Origin: Terriglobia bacterium
GTDB taxonomy: Bacteria > Acidobacteriota > Terriglobia > 20CM-2-55-15
Reading direction: 5' to 3'
NCBI GenBank assembly: GCA_965218585.1
Contig: CBDCLE010000018.1
Span: forward strand, 1 to 32,209
DNA: 32,209 nt
Made by a program: the position numbers and the translations under genes
The notes under the pieces: generated by a model
What the model was told of the DNA's origin: nothing
What the model saw: only the letters and a program-made list of their open reading frames with translations
Database searches by the model: none
In this document: one piece after another, positions 19,699 through 29,866 of the stretch
Position numbering within the stretch: the first letter of the stretch is position 1
Layout of the letters: the number at the start of each line of letters is the position of its first letter

Positions 19699-21000
19699 CT
19701 AGAGACTGTATCCGCGTTCGTCGTGCAGTGCGATATCGAGGCCTTCCCCCTCCTCGTCAGAGGTCACGCGAAGACCGATTGTGCTGTCGATTGCCTTGGC
19801 GATGATGAAGGTCCCTACGCCACTGTAGACAATCGTCGCGCTCGCTCCTATGAACTGAAGAACCAGCTGCGCACCGATCCCGTTGTCGAGTCCTGCTCCG
19901 CCGAAGACTTCGGCCGTGAAGACTCCTGTCAGGATGGCGCCGACAAACCCGCCCACGCCGTGGACACCGAACACGTCGAGAGAATCGTCGTAGCCCAATG
20001 CCCGTTTGATACTGCTCGATGCAATGTAGCAGAGCAGGCCGGACGCGAACCCTATCACGAAGGCACCGATGGGCCCTACAGTCCCGGAGGCCGGCGTAAT
20101 CGCTACGAGTCCGGCGACCGCTCCGGTCGCAATACCCAGGACGCTGGCCTTACCGTGCTTGAACCATTCCACAAGCATCCACGTAAAAGCGGCCGTCGCT
20201 GTGGCAATGTGAGTGACTGCCATGGCCATTCCGGCCACGCCATCGGCAGCGAGTTGGCTTCCGGCATTGAAGCCGAACCAACCGACCCAGAGCATCGATG
20301 CGCCGACAACAGTCAGGACGAGGTTGTTGGGCGGCATGGCTTGGCCCGGATAGCCCTTGCGTGTTCCGAGCACCAGACACAGAACGAGAGCGGCAACTCC
20401 TGCATTTATGTGAACGACGGTACCGCCGGCGAAATCAAGAACGCCCATCGCTCCGAGCCATCCGCCGCCCCATACCCAGTGGGCGATGGGAGCGTAGACG
20501 ATGGTCACCCAGATGCCCATGAACCAGAGCATGGCTGAAAACTTCATCCGCTCGGCGAACGCGCCGACGATGAGCGCGGGCGTGATGATGGCAAAGGTCA
20601 ACTGGAACATCTGGAAGACAGTTTCGGGTATGGTGCCGGAAATGGTGTCTACGCCGACGTTGGACAATAGCGTGTTACCCATCCCCACAAAAGCGTTGAG
20701 ACTGCCTCCGTCCCCGAACGCCAGGCCGTAAGCGTATAGCGTCCAAAGGATCGTGACCAGGCAGGTAATCGCAAAACACTGCATCATCACCGAGAGGACG
20801 TTCTTGGAGCGCACCAGTCCTGCGTAGAAGAGCGAAAGTCCTGGAATCGTCATGAACAGGACCAGGACACTGGAGGTAAGCATCCAGGCCGTGTCACCGG
20901 AATTCAGTGTTTCGTCCTGAGCCCATGCAGTCTGAGGCATCATCAGCAAGCAAAACGCGAAGATGCCGACCAACAACAGCTTGTTCTTGAACAATCTCAT
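19699..21000 (-). CDS. amtB: Ammonium transporter
   Basis: Motifs DFAGGTVVH, WFGFNAGS, GLVAITP and DDSLDVFGVHG (twin His intact). Lies directly downstream of a PII gene. Confidence 0.97.
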   Translation of the reverse strand: MRLFKNKLLLVGIFAFCLLMMPQTAWAQDETLNSGDTAWMLTSSVLVLFMTIPGLSLFYAGLVRSKNVLSVMMQCFAITCLVTILWTLYAYGLAFGDGGSLNAFVGMGNTLLSNVGVDTISGTIPETVFQMFQLTFAIITPALIVGAFAERMKFSAMLWFMGIWVTIVYAPIAHWVWGGGWLGAMGVLDFAGGTVVHINAGVAALVLCLVLGTRKGYPGQAMPPNNLVLTVVGASMLWVGWFGFNAGSQLAADGVAGMAMAVTHIATATAAFTWMLVEWFKHGKASVLGIATGAVAGLVAITPASGTVGPIGAFVIGFASGLLCYIASSSIKRALGYDDSLDVFGVHGVGGFVGAILTGVFTAEVFGGAGLDNGIGAQLVLQFIGASATIVYSGVGTFIIAKAIDSTIGLRVTSDEEGEGLDIALHDERGYSL

Positions 21001-21033
21001 GCGTGTGGTCCTCCCGAAATGCGGCCGTCGCCG

Positions 21034-21478
<445 letters not shown>

Positions 21479-21528
21479 GCAGAACAAATGGGTACGAGCT
21501 CGGAAGGGAACCGCAGGCAGGATTAACG

Positions 21529-22065
21529 TTACATTCCCTTGATGAGTTCGTTGGACTTGATCGATGGATCGAGAACCTTCCGGGCGCCCTCCACGCCCAC
21601 CACCGGCATGTTTCCGGCCGCGATGAGTCCCAGCTGAACCAAAACGCTTGCCTGATCCCAGTAAATCCGTTCTGCAGAGAGCTTGTCGCCCGTGAATTCG
21701 ACGACCGCGACGAAAGCCACCTCAACGGGTTTACCAGTCGGATCGATCCCAGGCAGCATCCAATCCATTCTTATCGTATGCGTGAACTTGAAAACGAACT
21801 CTTCAATCAGGCGATCCTCTCCTATCGTACGGGAGACCGGAACCATCTCTGTATCAGGAGGCATCAAGGGAATGAAGTGTTTTGAATAGAAATCCCGCAG
21901 TTCGGCGTGACCAGATCCACCGGTGAGTACCGGCACATGGTTGACATATGCCTCAGCAACCATGGTGTCGATTGTCGCTCCCGTGTCGTGGGTTTCAAAT
22001 TCGTGTTTGAGATGTTCTTCCCAGAGGCGGGTCAGTTCCTCTTGCCGCGGTGTCAGTTCGCTCAT
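21529..22065 (-). CDS. SnoaL/NTF2-like ester cyclase family protein
   Basis: Motifs WEEHLKHEF, YVNHVP, DWMLPGIDPTGK and ERIYWDQASVLVQLG. Confidence 0.85.
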   Translation of the reverse strand: MSELTPRQEELTRLWEEHLKHEFETHDTGATIDTMVAEAYVNHVPVLTGGSGHAELRDFYSKHFIPLMPPDTEMVPVSRTIGEDRLIEEFVFKFTHTIRMDWMLPGIDPTGKPVEVAFVAVVEFTGDKLSAERIYWDQASVLVQLGLIAAGNMPVVGVEGARKVLDPSIKSNELIKGM

Positions 22066-22089
22066 CTATTCGATTCTCCAGTTTTCGTT

Positions 22090-22839
22090 TCAGATCTCAA
22101 CGGTCCCTCCGTCGACAGTGAATTCAGAGCCGACGACATAAGACGACTCTTCGCTTGCGAGAAACAGTGCGACGTTAGCGACCTCCTCGGAGGTTCCGAA
22201 TCGTTTCATTGGAACTCTGGATTTTATCTCTTCGATCATCTGTTCCACCTCCTCCGGGGGGAAGCCCTGACGTCCATGTATCGGCGTATCGATAGGGCCC
22301 GGCCTGACGGCGTTGACCCTTATCCTGCGGGTAATCAACTCTGCAGCCAGGCCTCTGACCAGGGAACGCGCTGCGGCCTTCGAGGCCGCGTAGACGTTGC
22401 CTCCTTCGAGGCCCATCTCGTTCGTGACCGATGTCGTCACAACGATGGACCCACCTTCCCTCATGTGAGGCACGGCTTTCTGGATTGTGAAAAAAACGCC
22501 TTTGATATTGATGTTGACGATCTCGTCGAAGAATTCTTCAGAGATTTCGTTGAAAGGACGAAATGGTGCAATACCCGCGTTCGCGAAGAGGATGTCGATG
22601 TGCCCGAATCGCTCGACCGTCTCGGCAATCAGACGGTTGATGTCTTCCAGTTTCGCAATGTCACCCGACAACGCCATCGCAGGTTCACCCAGTTCCGCGG
22701 CGGCATCGGAGAGAGTTTTCGCGTCCCGTCCAAAGATGACGACTCTTGCTCCTTCGATACCGAATCGCTTGGCAGTCGCCAGACCGATACCGCTGTTACC
22801 CCCGGTGATGACCGCAACCTTTCCATCCAGTTGTCCCAC
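22090..22839 (-). CDS. Short-chain dehydrogenase/reductase (classical SDR)
   Basis: Motifs TGGNSGIG, NAG, YAASK and PGPIDTP. Start set at GTG 22839 after GGAGG. Confidence 0.93.
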   Translation of the reverse strand: MGQLDGKVAVITGGNSGIGLATAKRFGIEGARVVIFGRDAKTLSDAAAELGEPAMALSGDIAKLEDINRLIAETVERFGHIDILFANAGIAPFRPFNEISEEFFDEIVNINIKGVFFTIQKAVPHMREGGSIVVTTSVTNEMGLEGGNVYAASKAAARSLVRGLAAELITRRIRVNAVRPGPIDTPIHGRQGFPPEEVEQMIEEIKSRVPMKRFGTSEEVANVALFLASEESSYVVGSEFTVDGGTVEI

Positions 22840-22875
22840 TTCAAACCTCCCGTTCGATCTGTCGAATTTGCGTTC

Positions 22876-22916
22876 AAAAAAATTCAACTCCCGAGTAGGC
22901 GTACTCGGGAGCTGAA
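22876..22916 (-). terminator. Intrinsic terminator after the PQQ-fold gene pair
   Basis: Minus-strand stem TTCAGCTCCCGAGTA-cgcc-TACTCGGGAGTTGAA followed by a T7 run. Confidence 0.85.
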
Positions 22917-22938
22917 CGTCGACGGAGTTTGCTCCTCC

Positions 22939-24711
22939 TTACGGTAGGGCAAACACGAAAATGTTGTTTGTGGTGCTCGGGTTCAACTCTTCCGCCAGGC
23001 GGTTGAGGCTTCCCGGCAATCCGGCCGCGCCGACGCTTACCGCAACATATTGCTTCCCGTCGACGGCATAGGTAATCGGATAACCGGTGACCTGCGAACC
23101 TAGATTGACCTCCCAGAGGATTTCTCCAGTGTCCTGGTCGAATGCCCGAAACCGGCCGTTCGTATCTCCCGCAAAGAGCAGTCCGCTGCCGGTGGTGACC
23201 ATCGAAGTCATGCCTGCACGCTGTTCGTATTTCCAGGTCGTCTCGCCGGTCTCGACCGAGATGGCGTGAATGGTCCCGATGTTGTCGGTTCCCGGCGCGA
23301 TGATCGCCTGGTTGCGAATTCCGTATCGCGACCTCTGACGGGTTCCCGGAGGTCCATTAAGAAAGTCGAACGTAGGCTCCGGCTCGTTGGATGTCGTGTT
23401 CATACAGGTGTTCTGAAGAGGGAAATACATTACTCCGTTCAGAGGGCTGTAAGCACCGGCCGGGAATCCCTTTCCTCCCTGGGTGTTCGGGCAGACCAAC
23501 CGGGTTTGACCCGGAGCCGTGAACAGCATTTCGGTGTTGACCCTCACTTCGCCGGTCTCGCCGTCGATGTTGTCGACAACCGTCTGGTTGACCGTCGATC
23601 GCGCCCATAGGAACTCACCTGTCTCTCGGTCCAATGTGTAAACGACACCGGTCTTGCCTGGGATGCCGGTCATGACCCGCCGTGTTTCCCCCGGCTGGAT
23701 GTTCGGATTGATCCAGCTCACTTCATCCGGGTCCGGAGTGACGGCCGTGTCGATGAGCAGCCGTTCGAACGGATGGTCCAGATCCCAGTGATCGACGACG
23801 TGCTGGTAGTACCAGACGATTTCGCCTGTATCGACGTCGAGGGCCAGAGTCGAATTGTGGTAGAGGTACTGATCCTCGTTGTCGCCCATAAGAAACTTCG
23901 CCGCCGGCGACGTGACCGATGTTCCGATGTAGAGGAGTCCCAGTTCGGGATCGTAGCTGGGAACCATCCACGTGCCGACATGCCAACGTCTTTCGTATGG
24001 GACATCGCCCCACGTCTCGTCCCCGGGTTCACCGGGTCGCGGAATAGTGCCTATTCGCCAGAGTTCTTCGCCGGTCCGGGCGTCATGGGCTGTGATGACA
24101 CAGGCTTCCGGGCCACCTTCCGCGTGGCAGCTGCGGCCTGAGATGATCTTCCCGTCAGCGATGATTGCGCCGGCTGTGTGCTGGCCGGAGTTGACCTTGT
24201 AGTCGAGAATCAGGTTTTCCCACTCCAGCTCGCCGGTTCTCGCATCGAGCGCGAAGACGTAGAGATCGCCGCTCGTGTCGATGATCCGATCCTCATAGAT
24301 GGCCAGGTTCCTCTTGATGCCCGGAGCCCGGATGTACTCGGTGACATCGTCAGGCCACTCCCGCCGGTATTCCCAGAGCCGGTCGCCGGTAGCGGCGTCC
24401 ATGGCCTGAATGCCGTCGTTTGGATTTGGCAGATACATGACACCGTCGTGGACCAGAGGTGTCGATTCCTGAATGCCGTCGGACATGCCGCGCGACCAGA
24501 CCATCCGCAGGTCTCCGACGTTTTCGCGGTTGATTTGATCCAACGGGCTGTAGCCCCAGCCATCGAGCGTGCGGCGCCATGTCAGCCACTCGCCCGGACC
24601 CGGGTTCTGGATCATTTCATCTGTAACGGGAACGAAGCTGTCCTGCCCAGAGGCGCCCAGGCCCGTAGAGAAGATCGCCAGCATGGCGACTACCAGGTAA
24701 AAGCGTCGCAT
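22939..24711 (-). CDS. PQQ-binding-like beta-propeller dehydrogenase, secreted (copy 2)
   Basis: Trp-docking repeats (DAxTGxxxW), YSPLDQIN, WYYQ...DHWDLD and YAVDGKQYVAV. True start is ATG 24711 (GGGGG RBS, signal peptide); the longer ORF call overlaps the upstream gene. Confidence 0.9.
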   Translation of the reverse strand: MRRFYLVVAMLAIFSTGLGASGQDSFVPVTDEMIQNPGPGEWLTWRRTLDGWGYSPLDQINRENVGDLRMVWSRGMSDGIQESTPLVHDGVMYLPNPNDGIQAMDAATGDRLWEYRREWPDDVTEYIRAPGIKRNLAIYEDRIIDTSGDLYVFALDARTGELEWENLILDYKVNSGQHTAGAIIADGKIISGRSCHAEGGPEACVITAHDARTGEELWRIGTIPRPGEPGDETWGDVPYERRWHVGTWMVPSYDPELGLLYIGTSVTSPAAKFLMGDNEDQYLYHNSTLALDVDTGEIVWYYQHVVDHWDLDHPFERLLIDTAVTPDPDEVSWINPNIQPGETRRVMTGIPGKTGVVYTLDRETGEFLWARSTVNQTVVDNIDGETGEVRVNTEMLFTAPGQTRLVCPNTQGGKGFPAGAYSPLNGVMYFPLQNTCMNTTSNEPEPTFDFLNGPPGTRQRSRYGIRNQAIIAPGTDNIGTIHAISVETGETTWKYEQRAGMTSMVTTGSGLLFAGDTNGRFRAFDQDTGEILWEVNLGSQVTGYPITYAVDGKQYVAVSVGAAGLPGSLNRLAEELNPSTTNNIFVFALP

Positions 24712-24736
24712 GACACCCCCTTTAGAAAATGTTTTC

Positions 24737-26512
24737 CTACTCCGGCAAAGCAAACACGAAGATGTTGTTCGTGCTGCTCGGAGACAATTCTCGTGCAAGC
24801 TGGTTGAGGCCTCCCGTGGCGAGGGCGCTCCCTGTACTCACGGCCACGTATTGCCGGCCATTGACGGCGTAACTGATCGGGTATCCGGTAACCTGTGAAC
24901 CGAGGTTGACCTCCCAGAGAATTTCTCCCGTGGCCTGATCGAACGCTCGGAAGCGCCCGTTCGTATCTCCTCCGAAGATCAAACCACCCCCTGTCGTCAC
25001 CAGAGAAGTCGTGCCCGCGCGTTGTTCGTATTTCCATACCGTCTCACCCGTTTCGACGGAAATGGCCTCGATCGTGCCGATGTTGTCGGTTCCCGGCGCG
25101 ATGATCGACTCCATACGGATCCCGTAGCGGGATCTCTGGCGGCTTCCCGGTTCGTTCAGGAAGTCGAAAGTAGGGCCGGGTTCGTTTGACGTCGCGTTCA
25201 TGCACGTGTTTTGAAGAGGGAAGTACATGACGTTGTTCAGCGGACTGTACGCGCCCGCCATGAAGTTCTTGCCACCGTTCGCGTTCGGGCATACGAGTCG
25301 TTGCTGACCGGAAGCGGTGAAGAGCATTTCCGGATTGACGCGAACTTCACCGGTCTCGCCATCGATGTCGTCGACGACCGTTTGACTGATTGTCGGTCGT
25401 GCCCAGAGGAATTCCCCTGTTTCGCGGTCCAGCGTGTAGACGACGCCTGTCTTTCCCGGGATGCCGGTGAGGACACGTCGTGTTTCGCCGGGCTCGATGT
25501 TGGGACTGATCCAACTGACCTGGCTTGGATCCGGCGCAACCGCCGTGTCGATCAGCAAGCGTTCGAAGGGATGGTCCAGGTCCCAGTGATCTACGATGTG
25601 CTGGTAGTACCAGACGATCTCGCCCGTGTCGATATCAAGTGCCAGAGTCGAATTGTGGTAGAGGTATTTGTCGTCGTTGTCACCCATCAGGAACTTGGCG
25701 GCGGGGGAGGTGACCGACGTCCCGAAGTAGGCCAGACCGAGTTCGGCATCGTAGCTGGGGATCATCCATGTGCCGATGTGCCACCGTCGTTCGTATGGGA
25801 CATTGCCCCACGATTCATCTCCCGGCTCACCCGGGCGGGGAATCGTTCCGGTTCGCCAGAGTTCTTCGCCGGTTCGTGCATCGTGAGCTGTGATGATGCA
25901 GGCTTCGGGCCCGCCCTCGGCATGGCAGCTCCTTCCTGAAATGACCTTTCCGTCCGCGATGAGCGCACCGCCCGTGTGCTGGGCCGAGTTGACCCTGTAG
26001 TCGAGTATCTGGTTTTCCCATTCCAGTTCGCCTGTCCGGGCGTCGAGCGCAAAGACGTAGGAGTCGCCACTGGTGTCGATGGTCCGGTCTTCATAGATGG
26101 CCAGATTCCTTTTGATCCCCGGGACCCGGATGAATTGGGTCAAGTCTTCGGGCCATTCGCGGCGGTACTCCCAGATTCGATCACCGGTAGCAGCGTCCAT
26201 GGCCTGAATGACATCGTTCGGGTTCGGCAGATACATCACGCCGTCATGGATGAGCGGCGTGGCTTCCTGAATGCCGTCCCTCATTCCGCGCGACCAGACC
26301 ATTCTGAGGTTGTCCACGTTATTGCGGTTGATCTGATCCAGGGGGCTGTATCCCCAGCCGTCGGGTGTGCGGCGCCAGGTCAGCCATTCGCCTGGATCCG
26401 GATTCTGCAACATTGCATCTGTAACCGGCACAAAATCATCTTGTGCGCGGACCTCAACGCCTGTGGTCGATATGAGTACCAGAACGGCGATCAAGATATG
26501 AAAACGATTCAT
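24737..26512 (-). CDS. PQQ-binding-like beta-propeller dehydrogenase, secreted (copy 1)
   Basis: Same motifs as the adjacent paralogue, plus a signal peptide. Confidence 0.9.
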   Translation of the reverse strand: MNRFHILIAVLVLISTTGVEVRAQDDFVPVTDAMLQNPDPGEWLTWRRTPDGWGYSPLDQINRNNVDNLRMVWSRGMRDGIQEATPLIHDGVMYLPNPNDVIQAMDAATGDRIWEYRREWPEDLTQFIRVPGIKRNLAIYEDRTIDTSGDSYVFALDARTGELEWENQILDYRVNSAQHTGGALIADGKVISGRSCHAEGGPEACIITAHDARTGEELWRTGTIPRPGEPGDESWGNVPYERRWHIGTWMIPSYDAELGLAYFGTSVTSPAAKFLMGDNDDKYLYHNSTLALDIDTGEIVWYYQHIVDHWDLDHPFERLLIDTAVAPDPSQVSWISPNIEPGETRRVLTGIPGKTGVVYTLDRETGEFLWARPTISQTVVDDIDGETGEVRVNPEMLFTASGQQRLVCPNANGGKNFMAGAYSPLNNVMYFPLQNTCMNATSNEPGPTFDFLNEPGSRQRSRYGIRMESIIAPGTDNIGTIEAISVETGETVWKYEQRAGTTSLVTTGGGLIFGGDTNGRFRAFDQATGEILWEVNLGSQVTGYPISYAVNGRQYVAVSTGSALATGGLNQLARELSPSSTNNIFVFALPE

Positions 26513-26751
26513 CAGACCCCCTTTTGCTGCATCTACGTAATTGATTTAGAGGTCATCTTAACAATTTGAAGGTCCGATGAGTACTGCCCAGGGCCGGGAG
26601 GCACTCGGTACAGAATCCTGAACGAGATAGATTCGAAATCAACATCCCGGACGGCTTCGGCAAATTACTGTTCAGCTGCGGAGCTGACAGCACCTGTCTT
26701 GGATCGACCGGTTGATCTGGCGTGATTTATCAGGACTTGACCAGCCAAACT

Positions 26752-26769
26752 AAGGAACCGGAACCCTTT
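26752..26769. repeat. Direct repeat, left copy
   Basis: AAGGAACCGGAACCCTTT, 17/18 identical to 27411-27428. Confidence 0.6.
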
Positions 26770-26867
26770 CGGCCAGCTCTTCAAACCAGGTCCCGGGTTC
26801 GATCACGAATAAATTCAACTGCAGGTTGAGGTTGGTGGCAAGAGGAGTCTGTGCGCCGGTCGGGTGC

Positions 26868-27218
26868 TTACTGGCCGAGAAGCGCGCCGATGATCGACAG
26901 GAGTATCGCGACCTGTATGCCGACCGACCATATGAACTGGCGGGAGACCTTGTGGTCCAGGGAGCCGATCTGCCCGGCAAGCTCGGAGCGGAAGCGATCC
27001 ACCTTCTGGTCCAATACGTTGATTCTGGTGTCGATCCCGTTGGTCCTGGAGTCGAAGTTACGCTCCAGCGCCTCGAACCGCGAGTCCATCTTCTGGTCGA
27101 GCGCGTCCACGCGTCCGTTCAAGTGAACCAGGAGTTCGCGAATCTCGCCGAACCCTCGGGAGTGTTCTTCCAACTTACCCTCCAGATAGGCGACCCGTGC
27201 TTCTAACGATGGTGGCAT
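26868..27218 (-). CDS. Small coiled-coil protein with C-terminal transmembrane anchor (DUF1640/Bdr-like architecture)
   Basis: GGAGG RBS. Repeating LDQKMD/LDQKVD/LDHKVS heptad-like units and a hydrophobic tail FIWSVGIQVAILLSIIGALLG. Confidence 0.8.
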   Translation of the reverse strand: MPPSLEARVAYLEGKLEEHSRGFGEIRELLVHLNGRVDALDQKMDSRFEALERNFDSRTNGIDTRINVLDQKVDRFRSELAGQIGSLDHKVSRQFIWSVGIQVAILLSIIGALLGQ

Positions 27219-27410
27219 CCGCGCCTGTCCTCCAGATTATATCTCGCTGAGTTCGGTTTCATGCCCCATTCTGTGCACGCCTTGTTCCACCTCGAGATCA
27301 ATCAGATAGGACAGAAAAACCGTGTGGCAGGCGAACAATTGGACTCTGTTGTCAGGGACAAGCGCGATTATCTACTTCCTCGTCTGACCCATGAGGGATG
27401 CAATCCGATC

Positions 27411-27428
27411 AAGGAACCGGCACCCTTT
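27411..27428. repeat. Direct repeat, right copy
   Basis: AAGGAACCGGCACCCTTT; similarity to the left copy continues with AG.TCTTCAA. Confidence 0.6.
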
Positions 27429-27467
27429 TCTTTGAGTTCTTCAACCAAATTCACGACGATGTTGATT

Positions 27468-27515
27468 GGGGGGCGGCCGGTACTCCCGGGTCGCTTCGCT
27501 CACCCGCAGCTCCCC
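27468..27515. repeat. REP-like nested hairpin downstream of the alpha/beta hydrolase
   Basis: Outer stem GGGGGGCGGC...GCAGCTCCCC encloses CGGGT-cgcttcgctc-ACCCG. Confidence 0.4.
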
Positions 27516-27544
27516 GGTCTGGCTTATCGGGTGGAAATCGGAAT

Positions 27545-28864
27545 TCAGCGATCCAGTTCGATCTGTAGTTCCGCTCCGTAAAGCATCGTCCGGTCGTTGT
27601 CCTCGGCGGCCCATTTCATAAGCGTTTCAACACTGGGTTCTAGCTGTCCGTCGAAGACCGTTTCGCCGTTTGCCTCGACGCGGATCGGCTGGCTGAAGTC
27701 GAATTCATCCGGTGAGAGGAGCAACGTGAATGCCGTCACACCGCGAGTCGTTGCCTCGATGGTGTTGCCACTGCGCACCAGGTCGACGCGACCTGAAGGC
27801 ATCGTTCGCGGAAACAACGGCCTGTCGGTTGCCGGATATCGTCCGATGGGGTCCGATTCCCCCGACACAGTTTGCATCCTGTTCCGTGATGCAAACTCGT
27901 CGATCACAAGCCAGTGTGCCCGGTTTTGAGTCAGGTCGGCCGTTTCCCACGACAATCTGTCCGGATGGGGATCACGGGGATTGTCGGTCACGAAGGTTTC
28001 GAATGTGTCTTTCATGTCCGGCCACCATGACGTGTTGTGTCCGGCCTCGGGCTGAGGATAATAGGCGGTCGGGACGCCGTTGTTCATCATGTGCCTGACG
28101 AAAGGTCCCACCGAGGACGTGGGGTAGAGGCGGTCCTGCCCACCGTTGATGACGAACCACGGTTTGTTGCGCATGTTGGATGGAAACGATGTGCCGTCGT
28201 CCAGGCTGCTGTTGGCCAGGACCATGATGAATCCGTTGAGCGGGAGGAAGCTGGAGTACGGCGTGACGTCATGCATGCCTATGTAATACGCACCTGTGCC
28301 TCCATCCGACACTCCCGAGACGACAACGTGGTTTTCGTCAATGTTGTAGGAGCGTTTGAGCTTGTCGACGATGGCTCCCAGGATCTCGACCTGGCCCGGA
28401 CTCCACCACGCCACATCCAGCCAGGCGTAGGGCAGGACATAGATCTGTTCGGCACCCCGGAGGTTGATTTCGCCCGATCCCCTGGGCTGATTGTTGGTCC
28501 GCCGTCCCATGCCTCCATGGAGTTGAAACCTAACCTGGTATTGCCGGTCGGGGTCGTAGTTGTCCGGAACGTTGAGTGAGTAGTAGTGTTCCAGGCCGCC
28601 ATCGGTCCGGTTGTTCATTGCGAGAATGCCGGTGGCTTGAGGCTGGTAGTTCCGGCCCGCGGAGAGTCTTTCGTATGCTTCATCGAACGTCACGCCGGTA
28701 TCGACGACGGCATCGACAATGTGTCGGGCCGCTGCCGGGGAAGAGGCGGCCCAGAACTCGTCGAACGCCTCTTCGACAGATGCCGTGTTGTCCTGGCCCA
28801 TCGCCGGGAACGCCAAGCCGACCACTACTAGGACAATAAGTGGTGAAAATTGGACGTGTCTCAT
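27545..28864 (-). CDS. Secreted alpha/beta-hydrolase-fold protein (esterase/peptidase-like)
   Basis: LHGG oxyanion motif, GVSDGG nucleophile elbow, GGQD acid and AGH His. Signal peptide. Confidence 0.8.
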   Translation of the reverse strand: MRHVQFSPLIVLVVVGLAFPAMGQDNTASVEEAFDEFWAASSPAAARHIVDAVVDTGVTFDEAYERLSAGRNYQPQATGILAMNNRTDGGLEHYYSLNVPDNYDPDRQYQVRFQLHGGMGRRTNNQPRGSGEINLRGAEQIYVLPYAWLDVAWWSPGQVEILGAIVDKLKRSYNIDENHVVVSGVSDGGTGAYYIGMHDVTPYSSFLPLNGFIMVLANSSLDDGTSFPSNMRNKPWFVINGGQDRLYPTSSVGPFVRHMMNNGVPTAYYPQPEAGHNTSWWPDMKDTFETFVTDNPRDPHPDRLSWETADLTQNRAHWLVIDEFASRNRMQTVSGESDPIGRYPATDRPLFPRTMPSGRVDLVRSGNTIEATTRGVTAFTLLLSPDEFDFSQPIRVEANGETVFDGQLEPSVETLMKWAAEDNDRTMLYGAELQIELDR

Positions 28865-28898
28865 TCGATTTCCCTTCCTGGAACGTGGGGCGTGCCGC

Positions 28899-29708
28899 CT
28901 ACTTTCCCGCCAGTCCTTCTGTAATTTCGATATAGGTTCCGATCGGATCCGTGATGAAGGCGATCTTCAGTTCGATCTGGGGTATCTCCCGCGGTTCGAC
29001 GTCAAACTCGATACCTTCGGCTCGCATCTTGGCTGCAAACGCATCCATGTCTGCGACCTCGAAACCGATGTGGTCGATCGCGCGTCCCTGGGTGGGTTCC
29101 ATCGCTTCGTCGACTGCACGTACGTCGATCCTGCCACCGGGAACCATCGCCGAAGCCCAGTCGGCACGCGAGCCCGATTCCGCCCCGAACGTTTTCACAT
29201 ACCAATCCCGGATCTCTTCCTTTTCGGTGCCTTCCAGGTGGATATGATGAAACTCGATGGGGACCGTCGTCGACTCGTTTTCGGTGAACTCGATCAGTGC
29301 TCCGTCCGGAAACAGAATCACAATCTGCTTGTTATCCACGTTATCGGCTATGACATTCATGTCATGTGCCAGCAACTTCTCCCGGATGGCGCTGTGATCG
29401 TTGACCCAAAAACCGAAATGGTGGACTGCGGATCCGGCCGAGGGCCCGTCGGCGGGGCGATCTCTGAGAATGAGGTACATCCCCGGGATTCGCAGCAGTT
29501 CCAGGCCGCCCGTCGAGGTGACCTCCGCGCCCAGGTCGAGCCATAGCGCCTTCTGGGCCTCGACGTCAGCCACGTTCAGATGGATGTGTCCGGTGGCGAC
29601 TCCCGTCGCGTTAGGCGCCGGCAGTTGGGCCTCGAGCCCTCCTGGCTGCACGGCCAACACGAGCAGGGCAGTGATAATCGCTAGGGTTAGGCGTGTTCTT
29701 CTGTTCAT
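28899..29708 (-). CDS. Secreted VOC (glyoxalase/dioxygenase) family protein, two domains
   Basis: Motifs GHIHL, HHFGF, LIEF, HHIHL, DHIGFEV and DPIGTYIEI. Start set at ATG 29708 after GAGG, followed by a signal peptide. Confidence 0.85.
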   Translation of the reverse strand: MNRRTRLTLAIITALLVLAVQPGGLEAQLPAPNATGVATGHIHLNVADVEAQKALWLDLGAEVTSTGGLELLRIPGMYLILRDRPADGPSAGSAVHHFGFWVNDHSAIREKLLAHDMNVIADNVDNKQIVILFPDGALIEFTENESTTVPIEFHHIHLEGTEKEEIRDWYVKTFGAESGSRADWASAMVPGGRIDVRAVDEAMEPTQGRAIDHIGFEVADMDAFAAKMRAEGIEFDVEPREIPQIELKIAFITDPIGTYIEITEGLAGK

Positions 29709-29866
29709 CACAGGGTCCTCGGGTTTTCTGTTATAAGAGAATTGGGACCTCAAGATACTACTGCCGTGCGGAAGTGAGATCAACCAATGCTCCGGAGCGT
29801 TTAAACCGCGTGCAGTGGTAGACTGCGGTTTCCCGTTAGCCCGACGATTGCTCGAGGAGATTTCCG

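Noticed and set aside
21907-22947. 346-aa plus-strand ORF and other long antisense ORFs (e.g. 18287-19204, 19723-20538, 25211-25939, 28719-29546)
   Set aside because: These are shadows of well-supported genes on the opposite strand in GC-rich DNA, with no recognisable motifs.
24712-24798. N-terminal extension of PQQ copy 2 in the ORF track
   Set aside because: It overlaps the upstream paralogue; ATG 24711 has the RBS and the signal peptide.
22939-26512. Calling the PQQ-fold pair lanthanide-dependent XoxF/PedH
   Set aside because: D-x-D alone is not diagnostic, and the vicinal disulfide and Asn ligand motifs are missing.
26513-26751. Short palindromes (TCAGCT-gcgg-AGCTGA; GATCGACCGGTTGATC) as a riboswitch or ribozyme
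   Set aside because: No recognisable conserved RNA core, and the stems are too short to support a call.
27261-27581. 106-aa plus-strand ORF
   Set aside because: No RBS or motif; it runs through the repeat and hairpin elements and overlaps the hydrolase 3' end.
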